64,000 nt of DNA from Candidatus Nezhaarchaeales archaeon (GCA_038887515.1 JAWAKK010000002.1:64001-128000); one strand, 5' to 3'; positions 8,016 to 17,913 are shown, counted from the stretch's first letter. Numbers and translations are program-made. Notes: generated by a model not told the origin, from the letters alone.

Positions 8016-9371
8016 ATGCTTAAAGTCGTCGTTGTTGGTGGAAATGCGGCTGGAATGAGTGCTGCTTCTAGAGCTAAAAGGCTTAAACCGGATCTTAACG
8101 TAATTGTGTTCGAAAGGGGCAATTACGTATCTTACGGTCCGTGCGGGATCCCATATTATGTGTCCGGCGTTGTGGGAAGACTAGAGGATCTAATTCATGA
8201 ACCCCTAGAAACCTTTGTGAGGGAAAGAGGAATAGATGTGAAGATAAGGTGTGAAGTTGTTGACATCGATACTTCGGGGAAGTCCGTCACGATAATTGAT
8301 AGAGATAGCGGTAGAGAGAATATAGTTGAATATGATAAGCTGGTTTTGGCTACTGGCGGGAAACCTTTAGTTCCAAGGATTGATGGTGTAGAACTAGAAG
8401 GCGTATATACCTTAAGGAGGTTAGAGGATGCAAATGAGTTGATGAAGGGTCTTTTGAAGGCCGAAAAAGTAGTTATCGTAGGCGGAGGGTACATAGGAGT
8501 TGAAATGGCTGAAGCCATTACTAAGCTCGGAAAGAAAGTGACCGTTCTAGAAATGATGCCTTACATACTTCCAAACTTTGATTCGGACGTATCTCAATGC
8601 GTTGAGAGGGAACTTAAAGCTCATGGGGTAGAAGTAAGGACCGGGGAAAAGGTTATTGAACTTAAAGGTAAGGACTCCGTATCAAAGGTGGTAACCGAGA
8701 AGGAGTCTTACGATGCCGATATGGTGCTCCTTGCCGTAGGCGTTAAACCAAATGTGGACTTAGCGATGAAGGCCGGAATAAATTTGGGCATTACTGGAGC
8801 CATAAAAGTCAATGAAAGAATGCAGACCAGCAAGGAGGACATTTACGCGGCAGGTGATAACACAGAGACCATAAATATAGTTACAGGAAAGCCCACTTAC
8901 AATCCCCTAGCGCCGACAGCAAATAAAATGGGACGTGTAGCGGGCACTAATGTGGCTGGCTTCCAAGCAGTGTTTAAGGGAGTTGTAGGCTCGGCTGTAT
9001 TAAAAGTCTTCAACATAGAGGCTGGAAGAACAGGTCTTTCATCTAAAGAGGCGGAGAGGGAGGGATTTAACGTTGCCTCTGCGACCATTGAAAGTATTAC
9101 TAAGAGCAAATATTGCCCAGGTGTTAAGAAGATTAAGATCAAGCTGATAGCCGATGCAGATACTGGGAGGCTTCTAGGAGCACAAATTATCGGAGAGGAA
9201 GGGGTAAGCGGTAGGATAAATACTTTAGCTACAGCGTTAATGAGTGACATGAACGTCTACGACGTCGCGATGTTGGACCTCGCATACCATCCCTACTTTG
9301 GACCAGTTTGGGACCCAATAATAGTAGCTGCAAGCGTAGTCTTAAGGCAGATTAAAGTAAGGAGGGTATAA
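8016..9371 (+). CDS. CoA-disulfide reductase / NADH oxidase family flavoprotein
   Basis: GG.AAGMSAA, SYGPCGIPY with redox Cys, GGGYIG.E, AAGD, DLAY.P.F. Confidence 0.9.
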   Translation: MLKVVVVGGNAAGMSAASRAKRLKPDLNVIVFERGNYVSYGPCGIPYYVSGVVGRLEDLIHEPLETFVRERGIDVKIRCEVVDIDTSGKSVTIIDRDSGRENIVEYDKLVLATGGKPLVPRIDGVELEGVYTLRRLEDANELMKGLLKAEKVVIVGGGYIGVEMAEAITKLGKKVTVLEMMPYILPNFDSDVSQCVERELKAHGVEVRTGEKVIELKGKDSVSKVVTEKESYDADMVLLAVGVKPNVDLAMKAGINLGITGAIKVNERMQTSKEDIYAAGDNTETINIVTGKPTYNPLAPTANKMGRVAGTNVAGFQAVFKGVVGSAVLKVFNIEAGRTGLSSKEAEREGFNVASATIESITKSKYCPGVKKIKIKLIADADTGRLLGAQIIGEEGVSGRINTLATALMSDMNVYDVAMLDLAYHPYFGPVWDPIIVAASVVLRQIKVRRV

Positions 9372-9438
9372 AGATTGGCTTTGATAAGGCAATCGATAAA
9401 AAGCCCCAAGCAGAGCAAGTCTTGGAGGATAGGAGTTC

Positions 9439-10173
9439 TTGGATAATAGAAGTACTGAGGATATGGTGGAGGTAAAGCTCTCCTTACCGAAGAGAGTTTA
9501 CAGGTGGTATACTATAGTGGCTAAAAGGGACCGTGTAAACGTCGAGGAAGTTTTTAAAGATGCGCTACTCGAGCTTTATCGATTTAAAGATGGCTTGGGA
9601 GACATCAAGAACTTTTATGGCTTGAGTGGATCACATGGTGAGTCGACAAGCTTAGGCCACGTACTGAACTATTCCTTAAACCTAGGCTTAACGATACATA
9701 GCATAGCTGAGCACCTATTGCTCGAGCTCGAAGGCGGTAATGGTTTCATCCTTAGCGATGTCAAGCTGGTCCAAGACGAGCCTGGCGCATATAAGGGCAT
9801 ATGTTTTAAATTTATTGTGAGAGAGGGCTACGACTTAGTCGCCGACTACTTTACGTTTCAAGTTCAACACGACGGCCTATACCTAGACGTTATTTCAGCG
9901 TTAAGCTTCGACTCTACGAAAGTAGCCAACGAAGCTTTCAAGAGGTTGAAAAAGGCAGTGATGAAGATTGTCGACGAAGGCGAATTCAAAGACATGGAGG
10001 AAGGGCTACGTACAAGGAATGGAAGGTTGAACATTGACCTCAGTAAGGAGGGGAGCATAATCTACTTGACTTTTATGGTCTATGCAAACGAGATAAGCAT
10101 CATACCGAAGTTGCATAAAATAGATGACGTGTTGAGGAAGATATGCGATAAAGCGGGGATCGAGAGGGCATAG
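9439..10173 (+). CDS. Hypothetical protein with possible N-terminal ribbon-helix-helix
   Basis: 244-aa ORF with SD; N-terminus VEVKLSLPKRVYRWYTIVAKRDRVNVEEVFKDAL. Confidence 0.6.
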   Translation: MDNRSTEDMVEVKLSLPKRVYRWYTIVAKRDRVNVEEVFKDALLELYRFKDGLGDIKNFYGLSGSHGESTSLGHVLNYSLNLGLTIHSIAEHLLLELEGGNGFILSDVKLVQDEPGAYKGICFKFIVREGYDLVADYFTFQVQHDGLYLDVISALSFDSTKVANEAFKRLKKAVMKIVDEGEFKDMEEGLRTRNGRLNIDLSKEGSIIYLTFMVYANEISIIPKLHKIDDVLRKICDKAGIERA

Positions 10174-10339
10174 TTCATAGTTAAACTACCGGCCGGCTTC
10201 AGTAACTTATGTGCTGCATATCGTCCCCTAATCATTAGGGTGACATTGAACGTAACTCTCATCTTCAGCCTTTCAAGGCTAAGATTCAAATTTTCAGTAG
10301 GGTAGATAACGTTATATGAAGAAGAATAAGATATATTAA

Positions 10340-10639
10340 TTGAGCATTATGGGTACTTACATCCTCTTATCCACTTTAACGGCTGAAGGAAGGAAGACCG
10401 TAAAGCAAAGACCTGAAAGAATATTGGAAGTAAACAAAGAAATAGAGGCCTTTGGAGTTAAGGTGCTCCAACAATATGCGGTTCTCGGACCATACGACTT
10501 TGTTAATATAGTAGAAGCTCCGGACAACGAAACTGTGGCCAAGGTATCCGTCGAACTGGGGTCGAGGGGCACGGTCCACATAATTAGTATGCCCGCTATA
10601 CCAGTAAAGGACTTCATTGAGAAGGTTAAGGAACGGTGA
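10340..10639 (+). CDS. GYD domain-containing protein
   Basis: Y..L..LT.EG, LGPYDFV.I.EAPD.E, GTV motifs. Confidence 0.88.
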   Translation: MSIMGTYILLSTLTAEGRKTVKQRPERILEVNKEIEAFGVKVLQQYAVLGPYDFVNIVEAPDNETVAKVSVELGSRGTVHIISMPAIPVKDFIEKVKER

Positions 10640-10666
10640 GACTACCTTAATCCCTTTTAATTTTTT

Positions 10667-10722
10667 GGCTCGGTGTGAGATGGTTAGATCACCATTCACC
10701 TGGATTGGTACTCGTCATCGCC
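10667..10722 (-). ncRNA. Candidate box C/D sRNA with degenerate C'/D' boxes
   Basis: ggCGATGA...(~40 nt)...CCGAgcc with terminal ggc/gcc pairing; intergenic. Confidence 0.45.
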
Positions 10723-10827
10723 TTAAATTAGACTGTTAATGGTTGAGAAATAATCTTTTCTTAAATAACCCATTAATCTAGAGGTAAATGCGTGTTGCAC
10801 AACTTATTGTGGTAGGCGAGCTTATGG

Positions 10828-11769
10828 GTGGAGGAAATGACGAAAGAGATCTTGGAAGCCGTTGAGGACTTGAAGCCGGAGCAGAGCGTTAGGGCCCTCT
10901 TAAGGAGCATGGCCAAGACGGCGTTTAACGCCAGAAGGCTTGGAAAAGCTTTCGAGGTATTGGAGGACATAGTAAACAGAAGTAGCTTGAGGATACTAAC
11001 GATGGCTGGAGCCTTCGTACCTGCTGGATTAAGGAGACTTCTGTGCGAAGCCCTAAGAAGAAAGCTTTTCAATGTTGTTATAACTACGGGGGCCAACGTC
11101 ACTCACGATTTGTTAATGGCCTTTGGTGGTAGACACTATAGGCTTGAACTAAGAGAGGTAGAAGACGAGGTAGACGTGAAGAAGATGGGTCTATGTAGGA
11201 TATATGACATAGCTGTGAAGGTCCGAGATTTCGAGGTTATGGAGAAGAGGATTCGAGAACTCTTAGATGGCATGGATGATAGGGTATACTCCTCCAACGA
11301 ATTCTTAAGGGAAATAGGTCTTAGAATAGAGGATGAGGGAAGCTTTATACGTAGTGCAGCCGTAAACGACTGTAGCATCATTGTACCAGCTTTTTACGAC
11401 TCCATACTGGGCGTGCAAGTATGGAGTTTAACGCAGACTCGAAGGCTGAAAGTCGTTGAAGACTTAGACCTTAGCTACTTAGTCGGCCTCCAGTTCGATG
11501 CTAAGAAGAGAGGAGATAAGACTGGAATACTAATAGTTGGAGGAGGTACGCCAAAGAACTTTGCTCTCCAGTCAGCTCTAATAGCTGGTAAGCCATTTGA
11601 TTATGCCGTTCAAGTAACAATAGACCCACCTTATTATGGCGGGCTTTCGGGGGCTACGTTGAGGGAAGCCGTGAGTTGGGATAAAGTATTTGAAAAAGCA
11701 GAGTATTGTACTGTTTACTGCGACTTCACCATTGCAGTGCCCCTACTGTTCTCTGCCATATTGATTTAG
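10828..11769 (+). CDS. dys: Deoxyhypusine synthase family protein
   Basis: TTGAN.THD, GGGTPKN, GGLSGAT..EAVSWDK with the catalytic Lys, D.TIA.P. Confidence 0.9.
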   Translation: MEEMTKEILEAVEDLKPEQSVRALLRSMAKTAFNARRLGKAFEVLEDIVNRSSLRILTMAGAFVPAGLRRLLCEALRRKLFNVVITTGANVTHDLLMAFGGRHYRLELREVEDEVDVKKMGLCRIYDIAVKVRDFEVMEKRIRELLDGMDDRVYSSNEFLREIGLRIEDEGSFIRSAAVNDCSIIVPAFYDSILGVQVWSLTQTRRLKVVEDLDLSYLVGLQFDAKKRGDKTGILIVGGGTPKNFALQSALIAGKPFDYAVQVTIDPPYYGGLSGATLREAVSWDKVFEKAEYCTVYCDFTIAVPLLFSAILI

Positions 11770-11828
11770 GGGCTCCGATCTGGTGTCAGCTTTCATCTAT
11801 CAACAATACCTGCCGTCGTCATTGCCCC
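11769..11828 (-). ncRNA. Box C/D sRNA with D guide complementary to the 16S rRNA 515 region
   Basis: GGGGC/GCCCC terminal stem; ATGACGA (C), TTGA (D'), AGATGA (C'), CGGA (D); guide GCTGACACCAGA complements archaeal 16S TCTGGTGTCAGC. Confidence 0.8.
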
Positions 11829-11884
11829 GCTAATACTAAAAATAGGGCAGCATATTTGTTTACCGCCAAAAGAGGGTTGGAATC

Positions 11885-12637
11885 TTGAGGGCAAACTTTG
11901 TTGAGATGATAAGCGAAGCTGCGTATAAAAATCAGAGTAAAATAGTGCTAGCACTCGACGTAAAAGGACCTAACGTTTTTGATAGGGCCTTGAAGATACT
12001 TGAAGATGTCTCAAAATATATATGTTGTGTCAAGGTAAACAAGCATTTGATATTACCTCTAGGCCTTAGAGGTTTGAGGGGTTTAATTGAGAGGGCACAT
12101 GCCTTAGGTATACCGGTAATTGCCGACTGTAAAATGTGCGATATCGGCTCTACTAACGTGGTAGAAGCTTCGCAGTACTTTGATGCAGGATTTGACGCCA
12201 TAACTGTAATGCCGTTGCCCGGCTGGTTTGATGGTTTAGAGGGCGTCTTCCGTATGGCTAAGGAGATTGGTAAAGGCGTTATATTGGTGGTTATGATGAG
12301 CCATAGAGGGGCTTCAGAGTTCTTTGAAGCAACAATCTTTGAGGGAGAACTTGGAATTTTCGATAAGCTATACAACGCCTTCGCTAGAAGGGCTGTGAAG
12401 TGGTGTGCTGATGGAGTAGTTGTTGGTGCTACCAGACCGGATGTAATAAGGCAAGTCAAGGATGTAGTAGAAGACATACCTATATTTTCGCCGGGAGTTA
12501 TGGTTCAAGGAGGAGCGATAGAGGAAGCTTTGAGGGCTGGGGCCTCCTACGTGATTGTCGGTAGGGCTATCTGCGAAAACAGCAATCCTGCAGATAAAGC
12601 AAGGGAGCTTAGGGACGTTACTAGACTATTCTTGTAA
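11885..12637 (+). CDS. pyrF: Orotidine-5'-phosphate decarboxylase
   Basis: ALD, DCKMCDIGST, VVGAT, PGV..QGG, IVGRAI. Confidence 0.95.
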   Translation: MRANFVEMISEAAYKNQSKIVLALDVKGPNVFDRALKILEDVSKYICCVKVNKHLILPLGLRGLRGLIERAHALGIPVIADCKMCDIGSTNVVEASQYFDAGFDAITVMPLPGWFDGLEGVFRMAKEIGKGVILVVMMSHRGASEFFEATIFEGELGIFDKLYNAFARRAVKWCADGVVVGATRPDVIRQVKDVVEDIPIFSPGVMVQGGAIEEALRAGASYVIVGRAICENSNPADKARELRDVTRLFL

Positions 12638-13286
12638 CGAATTCGAAGACCACACCGGACTTAGTTATGGTGAAAGGCACCACTATTCCTTGATGAGGTT
12701 TTCTTTTGACCTTAACTATCTTGAGGTAGCGGACATAGCTGTTACCCGATTCTTTGTAGGATACTTTCATCACTGCGTCGACCTTGCTACGTATCATGTC
12801 GAGTTGCCTCGCCGTATGCATTGTGGGTACTACGACCAATATGTGTAGGCCGCCGCCAACCTTTGAGACGCTTCTGAGCCTATGGAGTACTTCAACGACT
12901 TCATTATCGTCCTTGCAGGTGTGAGCTACGAAGGAAGAAAATGTATCGATACAGCTTGAAGAACCTTGCTTTACGTCGTTTAGAAGGGAGGTGAAGAGGT
13001 CTTGAAGACTTTCGTTCGACCTACTAATGAATGTCCATGCACCTGAGACTTCTAACGTCTGAATTCGGAGACCTAGCGCTAACATAGAGTCTCTAACGTC
13101 CTCGACGTCATCGTCAACTAAAAAGTATACGACCCTTTCACCAGAGTGGGCCCTATTAGCAAGCAAGAGCCTTGCCATGACGTCAGCATAAGAGAGTGGG
13201 CTGCCTTCGATCACCACGAGGGAGCCGGAGGGTATACCTCTTAGCTCGTCGTCTACTACTGGTATGTTAAGTCTCAGTAAACTCAT
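12621..13286 (-). CDS. KaiC/RAD55-like (RecA-fold) protein with degenerate Walker A
   Basis: IP..D..L.GIP.GS.V.I.G, IDTFS, R.L.I.K; P-loop reads GSPLSYAD. Confidence 0.8.
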   Translation of the reverse strand: MSLLRLNIPVVDDELRGIPSGSLVVIEGSPLSYADVMARLLLANRAHSGERVVYFLVDDDVEDVRDSMLALGLRIQTLEVSGAWTFISRSNESLQDLFTSLLNDVKQGSSSCIDTFSSFVAHTCKDDNEVVEVLHRLRSVSKVGGGLHILVVVPTMHTARQLDMIRSKVDAVMKVSYKESGNSYVRYLKIVKVKRKPHQGIVVPFTITKSGVVFEFVTRIV

Positions 13287-13316
13287 ATGTCTATAAACTC
13301 CTTTAAGTCTTCGCGT

Positions 13317-14099
13317 CTAAAGAGTTTTTCTGGCAAAAATCATGTAGCCTGTATGACCGATCATGATGGTTTCAGGCCTTACGGCTCCTTCCTCGACCTT
13401 CAACTCTCTAAGTAGGAGCTCGTAAACTTTAACGTCAATGAAGCCATGCTTTCTGAGCTCTAAAACAGTCTTCTCTACTTGGTTCACCGTCGGGCTAAAG
13501 CTTGCGAAGTGTCCTCCTCCCTTAAGGGCTTTGTACGCATGAGGTACTACTAGCCAGGGGGTGGCCATATCAAGTACGACAGCATCAACCTCTTCCTCGT
13601 CTATTCCTTGGGTTATATCCTTCGTCTTCAATACAACATACTCAAGGAGACCCGCTCGCTCTAAGTTCTTCTTAGCCACCTCTTGAAACCTTGGATTTAC
13701 ATCGTAGCTATATAATACTCCAGGCCGTATAAAAAAGGCGAGGGCGCACGTGAGGGCGCCGCTACCCGTACCGGCTTCTACTATCCTCATCCCAGGCCTT
13801 AGCCCAAGCTTAAATACTATAAGGGCCATGTCCTTCGGGTACATTATTTGGGTCTTCCTCGCTATTTTAAAGACGTAATCCCATAGCGTTGGTTTCAGTA
13901 TCGTAAAGTCGACTCCCAAATTGGACTTAACTCGGGAGCCATACTTTAAGCCTATTAGTGAGTCCATCGTTATGTATCCTTTGTGGGTATGGAGAGTACG
14001 CCCCTTTTCCACCTTAGTAAGATACTTATGCTTTTTGTCAAGCTGCAAAACTACGAATGACCCCTCAAGTACTACGTCTCCTTGATCTCTTAGAGCCAT
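13317..14099 (-). CDS. trmI: tRNA (adenine-N1)-methyltransferase (m1A58/57)
   Basis: R.TQIMYPKD, EAGTGSGAL, LDM..PW, GHTGY. Confidence 0.95.
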   Translation of the reverse strand: MALRDQGDVVLEGSFVVLQLDKKHKYLTKVEKGRTLHTHKGYITMDSLIGLKYGSRVKSNLGVDFTILKPTLWDYVFKIARKTQIMYPKDMALIVFKLGLRPGMRIVEAGTGSGALTCALAFFIRPGVLYSYDVNPRFQEVAKKNLERAGLLEYVVLKTKDITQGIDEEEVDAVVLDMATPWLVVPHAYKALKGGGHFASFSPTVNQVEKTVLELRKHGFIDVKVYELLLRELKVEEGAVRPETIMIGHTGYMIFARKTL

Positions 14100-14108
14100 A
14101 CAGGACCC

Positions 14109-14294
14109 TTATGTTATGCCTAATTTGTCCTCAATTTTCCGAAGTCTAGACTTTATTTCTTCTAAATCCTTTTTCATTGAAACCAGCAACGGTATCATGT
14201 CGTTTATTATTATGGATTCTGGAGAGGATGGGAGGATGCGCTCCCTTAAACCCAACAACTCGCTTAATCTCTTATCTTCCACTAACGCCACCAA
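14109..14294 (-). CDS. Small hypothetical coiled-coil protein
   Basis: 61 aa, SD GGAGT upstream, C-terminal heptads (MKKDLEEIKSRLRKIEDKL); co-oriented with trmI. Confidence 0.6.
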   Translation of the reverse strand: MVALVEDKRLSELLGLRERILPSSPESIIINDMIPLLVSMKKDLEEIKSRLRKIEDKLGIT

Positions 14295-14362
14295 TACTCC
14301 TATTAGGAGGTCGTAGACAAAAATTAAGCGGTAGAATTGGGTATCGCAAAGAGGTTTGTCAA

Positions 14363-14857
14363 GTGAAGCGCGACATAATTGTCATATTATTAGCCATAGT
14401 ATTGGTGTTCGCGTTCAATGAAGGGATAAAGATCGCCACCGGTACCGAGGTACCTATAGCGATAGTGGAGGGTAGCAGCATGATCCCCACGTTCTATGAT
14501 GGAGACGTAATATTGGTTGTCGGCGTTAAACCTTCGGATCTAAACGTGGGCGACGTCATCATCTATAAGACTTATAACGATAGAATGATAGTCCATAGGA
14601 TCGTCGATATCGTAATTAATGATGGCATGTACTTCTTTAAGACGCAAGGCGACAACAATCCATTACCAGACCCAGGCCTCGTATCGGAAGCACAAGTAGT
14701 TGGTCGTGTAGTAGGTGTACTACTTCCGAAGGTTGGAGGATTATTTAAGTTTATAATGCCTTATAAGTACGTAGTTGTTGGTCTGCTTTTAGTCCTAGCC
14801 GTAATACTCATTATGTTGCCCCCGAACAAAAATAAGAGTATTGACAAGAAGAAATAG
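14363..14857 (+). CDS. sec11: Signal peptidase I, archaeal Sec11-type
   Basis: GSSM.PT, GD.I.Y, IVHR, T.GDNN..PD; likely GTG start at 14363. Confidence 0.92.
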   Translation: MKRDIIVILLAIVLVFAFNEGIKIATGTEVPIAIVEGSSMIPTFYDGDVILVVGVKPSDLNVGDVIIYKTYNDRMIVHRIVDIVINDGMYFFKTQGDNNPLPDPGLVSEAQVVGRVVGVLLPKVGGLFKFIMPYKYVVVGLLLVLAVILIMLPPNKNKSIDKKK

Positions 14858-14926
14858 AGTTTTAGCGGTTAAATTTAAAAGGAGCTTTAAATAGCTTTAA
14901 CTTGCTAAAAGAGAAAGATTTTTAAG

Positions 14927-15493
14927 GTGTCGGGCTTGACGAAGCCTAAGTATAAGATAGAGAATGTCGTCGCTTCCGTAACCCTTAACCAGACAATTGA
15001 TTTAAATGCTATTGCTGGCGCGGTTTTTAAGGCTGAGTACAATCCTGAACAATTCCCAGGGTTAGTTTACAGGCTCGATAGACCGAAGACCGCGACATTA
15101 ATTTTCAGTTCCGGAAAGATGGTATGTACTGGAGGTAAATCGGAGAAGGACGTCTATAGAACGGTAAGAAAAATAATTCAAGAGCTCAAAGCCCATAAAA
15201 TAGTCATAGTTGGAGAACCGAAGATACAGATACAAAATATAGTCGCTTCAGCTAATCTTGGAGCTGAAATAAATTTGGAAAAGGCCGCCTACTTGCTTGA
15301 AAACGCTATGTACGAGCCTGAGCAATTTCCGGGTCTCATATACCGTATGGAGGACGAAGGAGTTGTGCTATTGCTCTTCAGCTCGGGCAAAATGGTTGTA
15401 ACTGGCGCTAAGAAGGAAGATGACGTTAAGAGGGCCGTAAATAAGATATATGAGAAGCTTAAGGCCCTAGGCGTTCTATACATCGAAGAATAA
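14927..15493 (+). CDS. tbp: TATA-box binding protein
   Basis: Two repeats of N.VAS...Y.PEQFPGL.YR...FSSGKMV.TG. Confidence 0.99.
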   Translation: MSGLTKPKYKIENVVASVTLNQTIDLNAIAGAVFKAEYNPEQFPGLVYRLDRPKTATLIFSSGKMVCTGGKSEKDVYRTVRKIIQELKAHKIVIVGEPKIQIQNIVASANLGAEINLEKAAYLLENAMYEPEQFPGLIYRMEDEGVVLLLFSSGKMVVTGAKKEDDVKRAVNKIYEKLKALGVLYIEE

Positions 15494-16168
15494 TTTCTTT
15501 GAACCGTAGGCTTCATAATAATCTTTTACTTTCCTAAAGATTGAAGGGTCTATTCGAAGTTCACTCCTCCTCGCCCAGATAACTTGGAAGAGGTCTACGG
15601 CCTCAATTATTGCCTGGTACTTTAAGCCTTGCGTTCTAATGACTTCTGAGGCGGGAATACCGTCTTCCATCTCGTTCCTATCCATTAGGACTACAACGCC
15701 CACAACCTTAAAGCCTAGCTCTTCAAGAGCTTCTTTAACCTTAAGCTTCGTTAAACCTGTAGTTAGAACGTCGTCGACTATAACTAATCGTGCGCCCTTA
15801 TCGATAGATCCTACTATCCGCTCATCTTCCTTGACACCATAGCTCTTAGCCTCCTTCCTATCGTATAGGATTGGCTTATCGTAGCCGTACAGTTGCCTTA
15901 TTTTAAAGCTCGTTGCCACCGCCAGAGGTATTCCCTTATATGATGGACCGAATACACCGTCAAATCCGTCTAAGCTTAATAGTTCTACGATAGTTTTAGC
16001 ATAGGCTTCACCTATAACGTTAAGGCTCTGGGGGTTAAACATCCTAGCTACGTTAAAGAAGTAGGGGGATGATCTTCCGCTTTTGAGTTTCACCTCGCTA
16101 AATACTAGTGCGCCACAGCGTATTATCTCGTCTATCACGTTCTTCTTTGTATTCGTTAAACCCCACAT
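15476..16168 (-). CDS. pyrE: Orotate phosphoribosyltransferase
   Basis: [34 protein letters not shown]. Confidence 0.95.
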   Translation of the reverse strand: MWGLTNTKKNVIDEIIRCGALVFSEVKLKSGRSSPYFFNVARMFNPQSLNVIGEAYAKTIVELLSLDGFDGVFGPSYKGIPLAVATSFKIRQLYGYDKPILYDRKEAKSYGVKEDERIVGSIDKGARLVIVDDVLTTGLTKLKVKEALEELGFKVVGVVVLMDRNEMEDGIPASEVIRTQGLKYQAIIEAVDLFQVIWARRSELRIDPSIFRKVKDYYEAYGSKKLFFDV

Positions 16169-17302
16169 CTACAACACCCTGAAGGTTATTGAAGAGAAAC
16201 ATAATCCGCACATTATTGGTAACAGGATGAAGAGTACTCTCCTTGAACGAGAGAGTGGCGATACGTCATCTAAGGGGCCTGGGTGCCCCCTAAAAAGTAT
16301 TAGTAGGGCAACGAAAGCCATGAATATAAAGCCAGTCATTATCATGATCACTACAGCTATTATAGACACGAATATGTGCTTCCTACTGTCTAGCAAGGCT
16401 CTCGTAACGTGACCTCCATCCAGTTGACCTACTGGTAGGGTATTTAAGAAAGTTATGAGCATGCCAACCCATCCGGCAAAGGCTATTGGGTGAATTATGA
16501 GCGCTTGCTTAAAAGGCGTTTGAAGCAGTGATACGATTTCAGTCCTTATAATAGCGAATAATAGGGGCTCTAGCGGTAAAACTGAGACCTGTCCTTGTTC
16601 AATCCATGAAAGGACGAGGTCTTCGGGGACGAAGTACGATAAGGAGAGACCTACGAATGTCACTATTATGGACGCTATGAAGCTTAAGAGCGGACCTGTC
16701 AGCCCAAGGTCGAAGAGCTGATCCCTATTAAGAATTGGGGTTTCTTGAATCATAACAGCTCCGAGGGATCCGCCTATCTCCGGTGGCCCTGGGATAAAGT
16801 AGGGGGGTGTAGATTTCAAGTTGTGCTTTGTGCACGCAATTTTATGGCCTAGCTCGTGGACCCCCAACACGAAGAAGATTGAGGCGACGTAGGCAATTAA
16901 GTGAAGTATCCTATACTTGCCAAATGAAGGATCAATAGTTTCGTATATACCTCCCATCGTGAATAAATAACCTGCGAATGTGACGCTCGCCATCGTAGCT
17001 AGTAGTAGGACGATGTTCCATAAAGGTCTATGTCTAGGACGCTCCTGCCTCTTAAATACTCTTAAAACCTTCTTACCATACTCATTCCTTAAAACAGGTA
17101 CGTAACCCTTGGTGTCGAGAATAGAATAGAGCTTTAAGAAGCGGCTTTTTGTATCCTCGTCTTTAACGACGTAGGTTAAGATGCCGAATTGTATTTTCCA
17201 TTCAACAATAGTAAAGTGTTGCCTAACAATTTCATCTATCTCTGTTGGGAAAGGTTCCATTAGATAACACCTAAGTTCAGGCTCTCTAAACAGGGCCTTC
17301 AC
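16169..17302 (-). CDS. Site-2 protease (peptidase M50)
   Basis: HELGH, LN.LP.GQLDGGH, multiple TM helices; start may be ATG at 17260. Confidence 0.92.
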   Translation of the reverse strand: MKALFREPELRCYLMEPFPTEIDEIVRQHFTIVEWKIQFGILTYVVKDEDTKSRFLKLYSILDTKGYVPVLRNEYGKKVLRVFKRQERPRHRPLWNIVLLLATMASVTFAGYLFTMGGIYETIDPSFGKYRILHLIAYVASIFFVLGVHELGHKIACTKHNLKSTPPYFIPGPPEIGGSLGAVMIQETPILNRDQLFDLGLTGPLLSFIASIIVTFVGLSLSYFVPEDLVLSWIEQGQVSVLPLEPLLFAIIRTEIVSLLQTPFKQALIIHPIAFAGWVGMLITFLNTLPVGQLDGGHVTRALLDSRKHIFVSIIAVVIMIMTGFIFMAFVALLILFRGHPGPLDDVSPLSRSRRVLFILLPIMCGLCFSSITFRVL

Positions 17303-17418
17303 TGTTAAGCTTTTTCCTTAAATTCTTAGATGCGCTATGTGAGGGGGAAGGATAAAACCTTAAGTATAATTACGAAATAAATATCAGGTTCCTTGAAGAT
17401 GCTTAGCGTGGGGAGACG

Positions 17419-17913
17419 TTGCGATTCGACGAGGAACAAGGGTGCATGATAAGGGAATTTAGAGAAGAAGACCTCGATAGTGTCATAAAGATAAACAGGA
17501 TGTGTCTCCCTGAAAATTATACTCCCGACTTCTTCATTTACCACTTTAGAGAATTCCCTGAAGGATTCTTAGTCGCAGAAATGGGCAATTCCATTGTCGG
17601 TTACGTAATGACGAGGATAGACAGGGGCTTTGATTACTACTCGCCACGTACGACTTTGAGCGAGAAAGGGCACGTAATATCAATAGCAGTAATGCCTTAC
17701 GCTAGAAGAAGAGGAATAGGGGAAAAACTCCTTCGAAAAGCTATAGATGTCATTAGGAAAAGGGGAATTAAAGAGGTATACTTGGAAGTCAGGGTTTCGA
17801 ATGTTCCAGCTATAAATCTGTATCATAAGCTGGGTTTTAAGGTGGTTAGAAGGGTGTCCAAATATTACGCTGATGGTGAAGATGCTTACGTCATGCTACT
17901 TCAACTCGATTAA
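17419..17913 (+). CDS. rimI: N-alpha-acetyltransferase (RimI/Ard1 family)
   Basis: LPENY, GHVISIAV, RR.GIG, LEVRVSN..AI.LY, YY.DGEDA. Confidence 0.93.
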   Translation: MRFDEEQGCMIREFREEDLDSVIKINRMCLPENYTPDFFIYHFREFPEGFLVAEMGNSIVGYVMTRIDRGFDYYSPRTTLSEKGHVISIAVMPYARRRGIGEKLLRKAIDVIRKRGIKEVYLEVRVSNVPAINLYHKLGFKVVRRVSKYYADGEDAYVMLLQLD

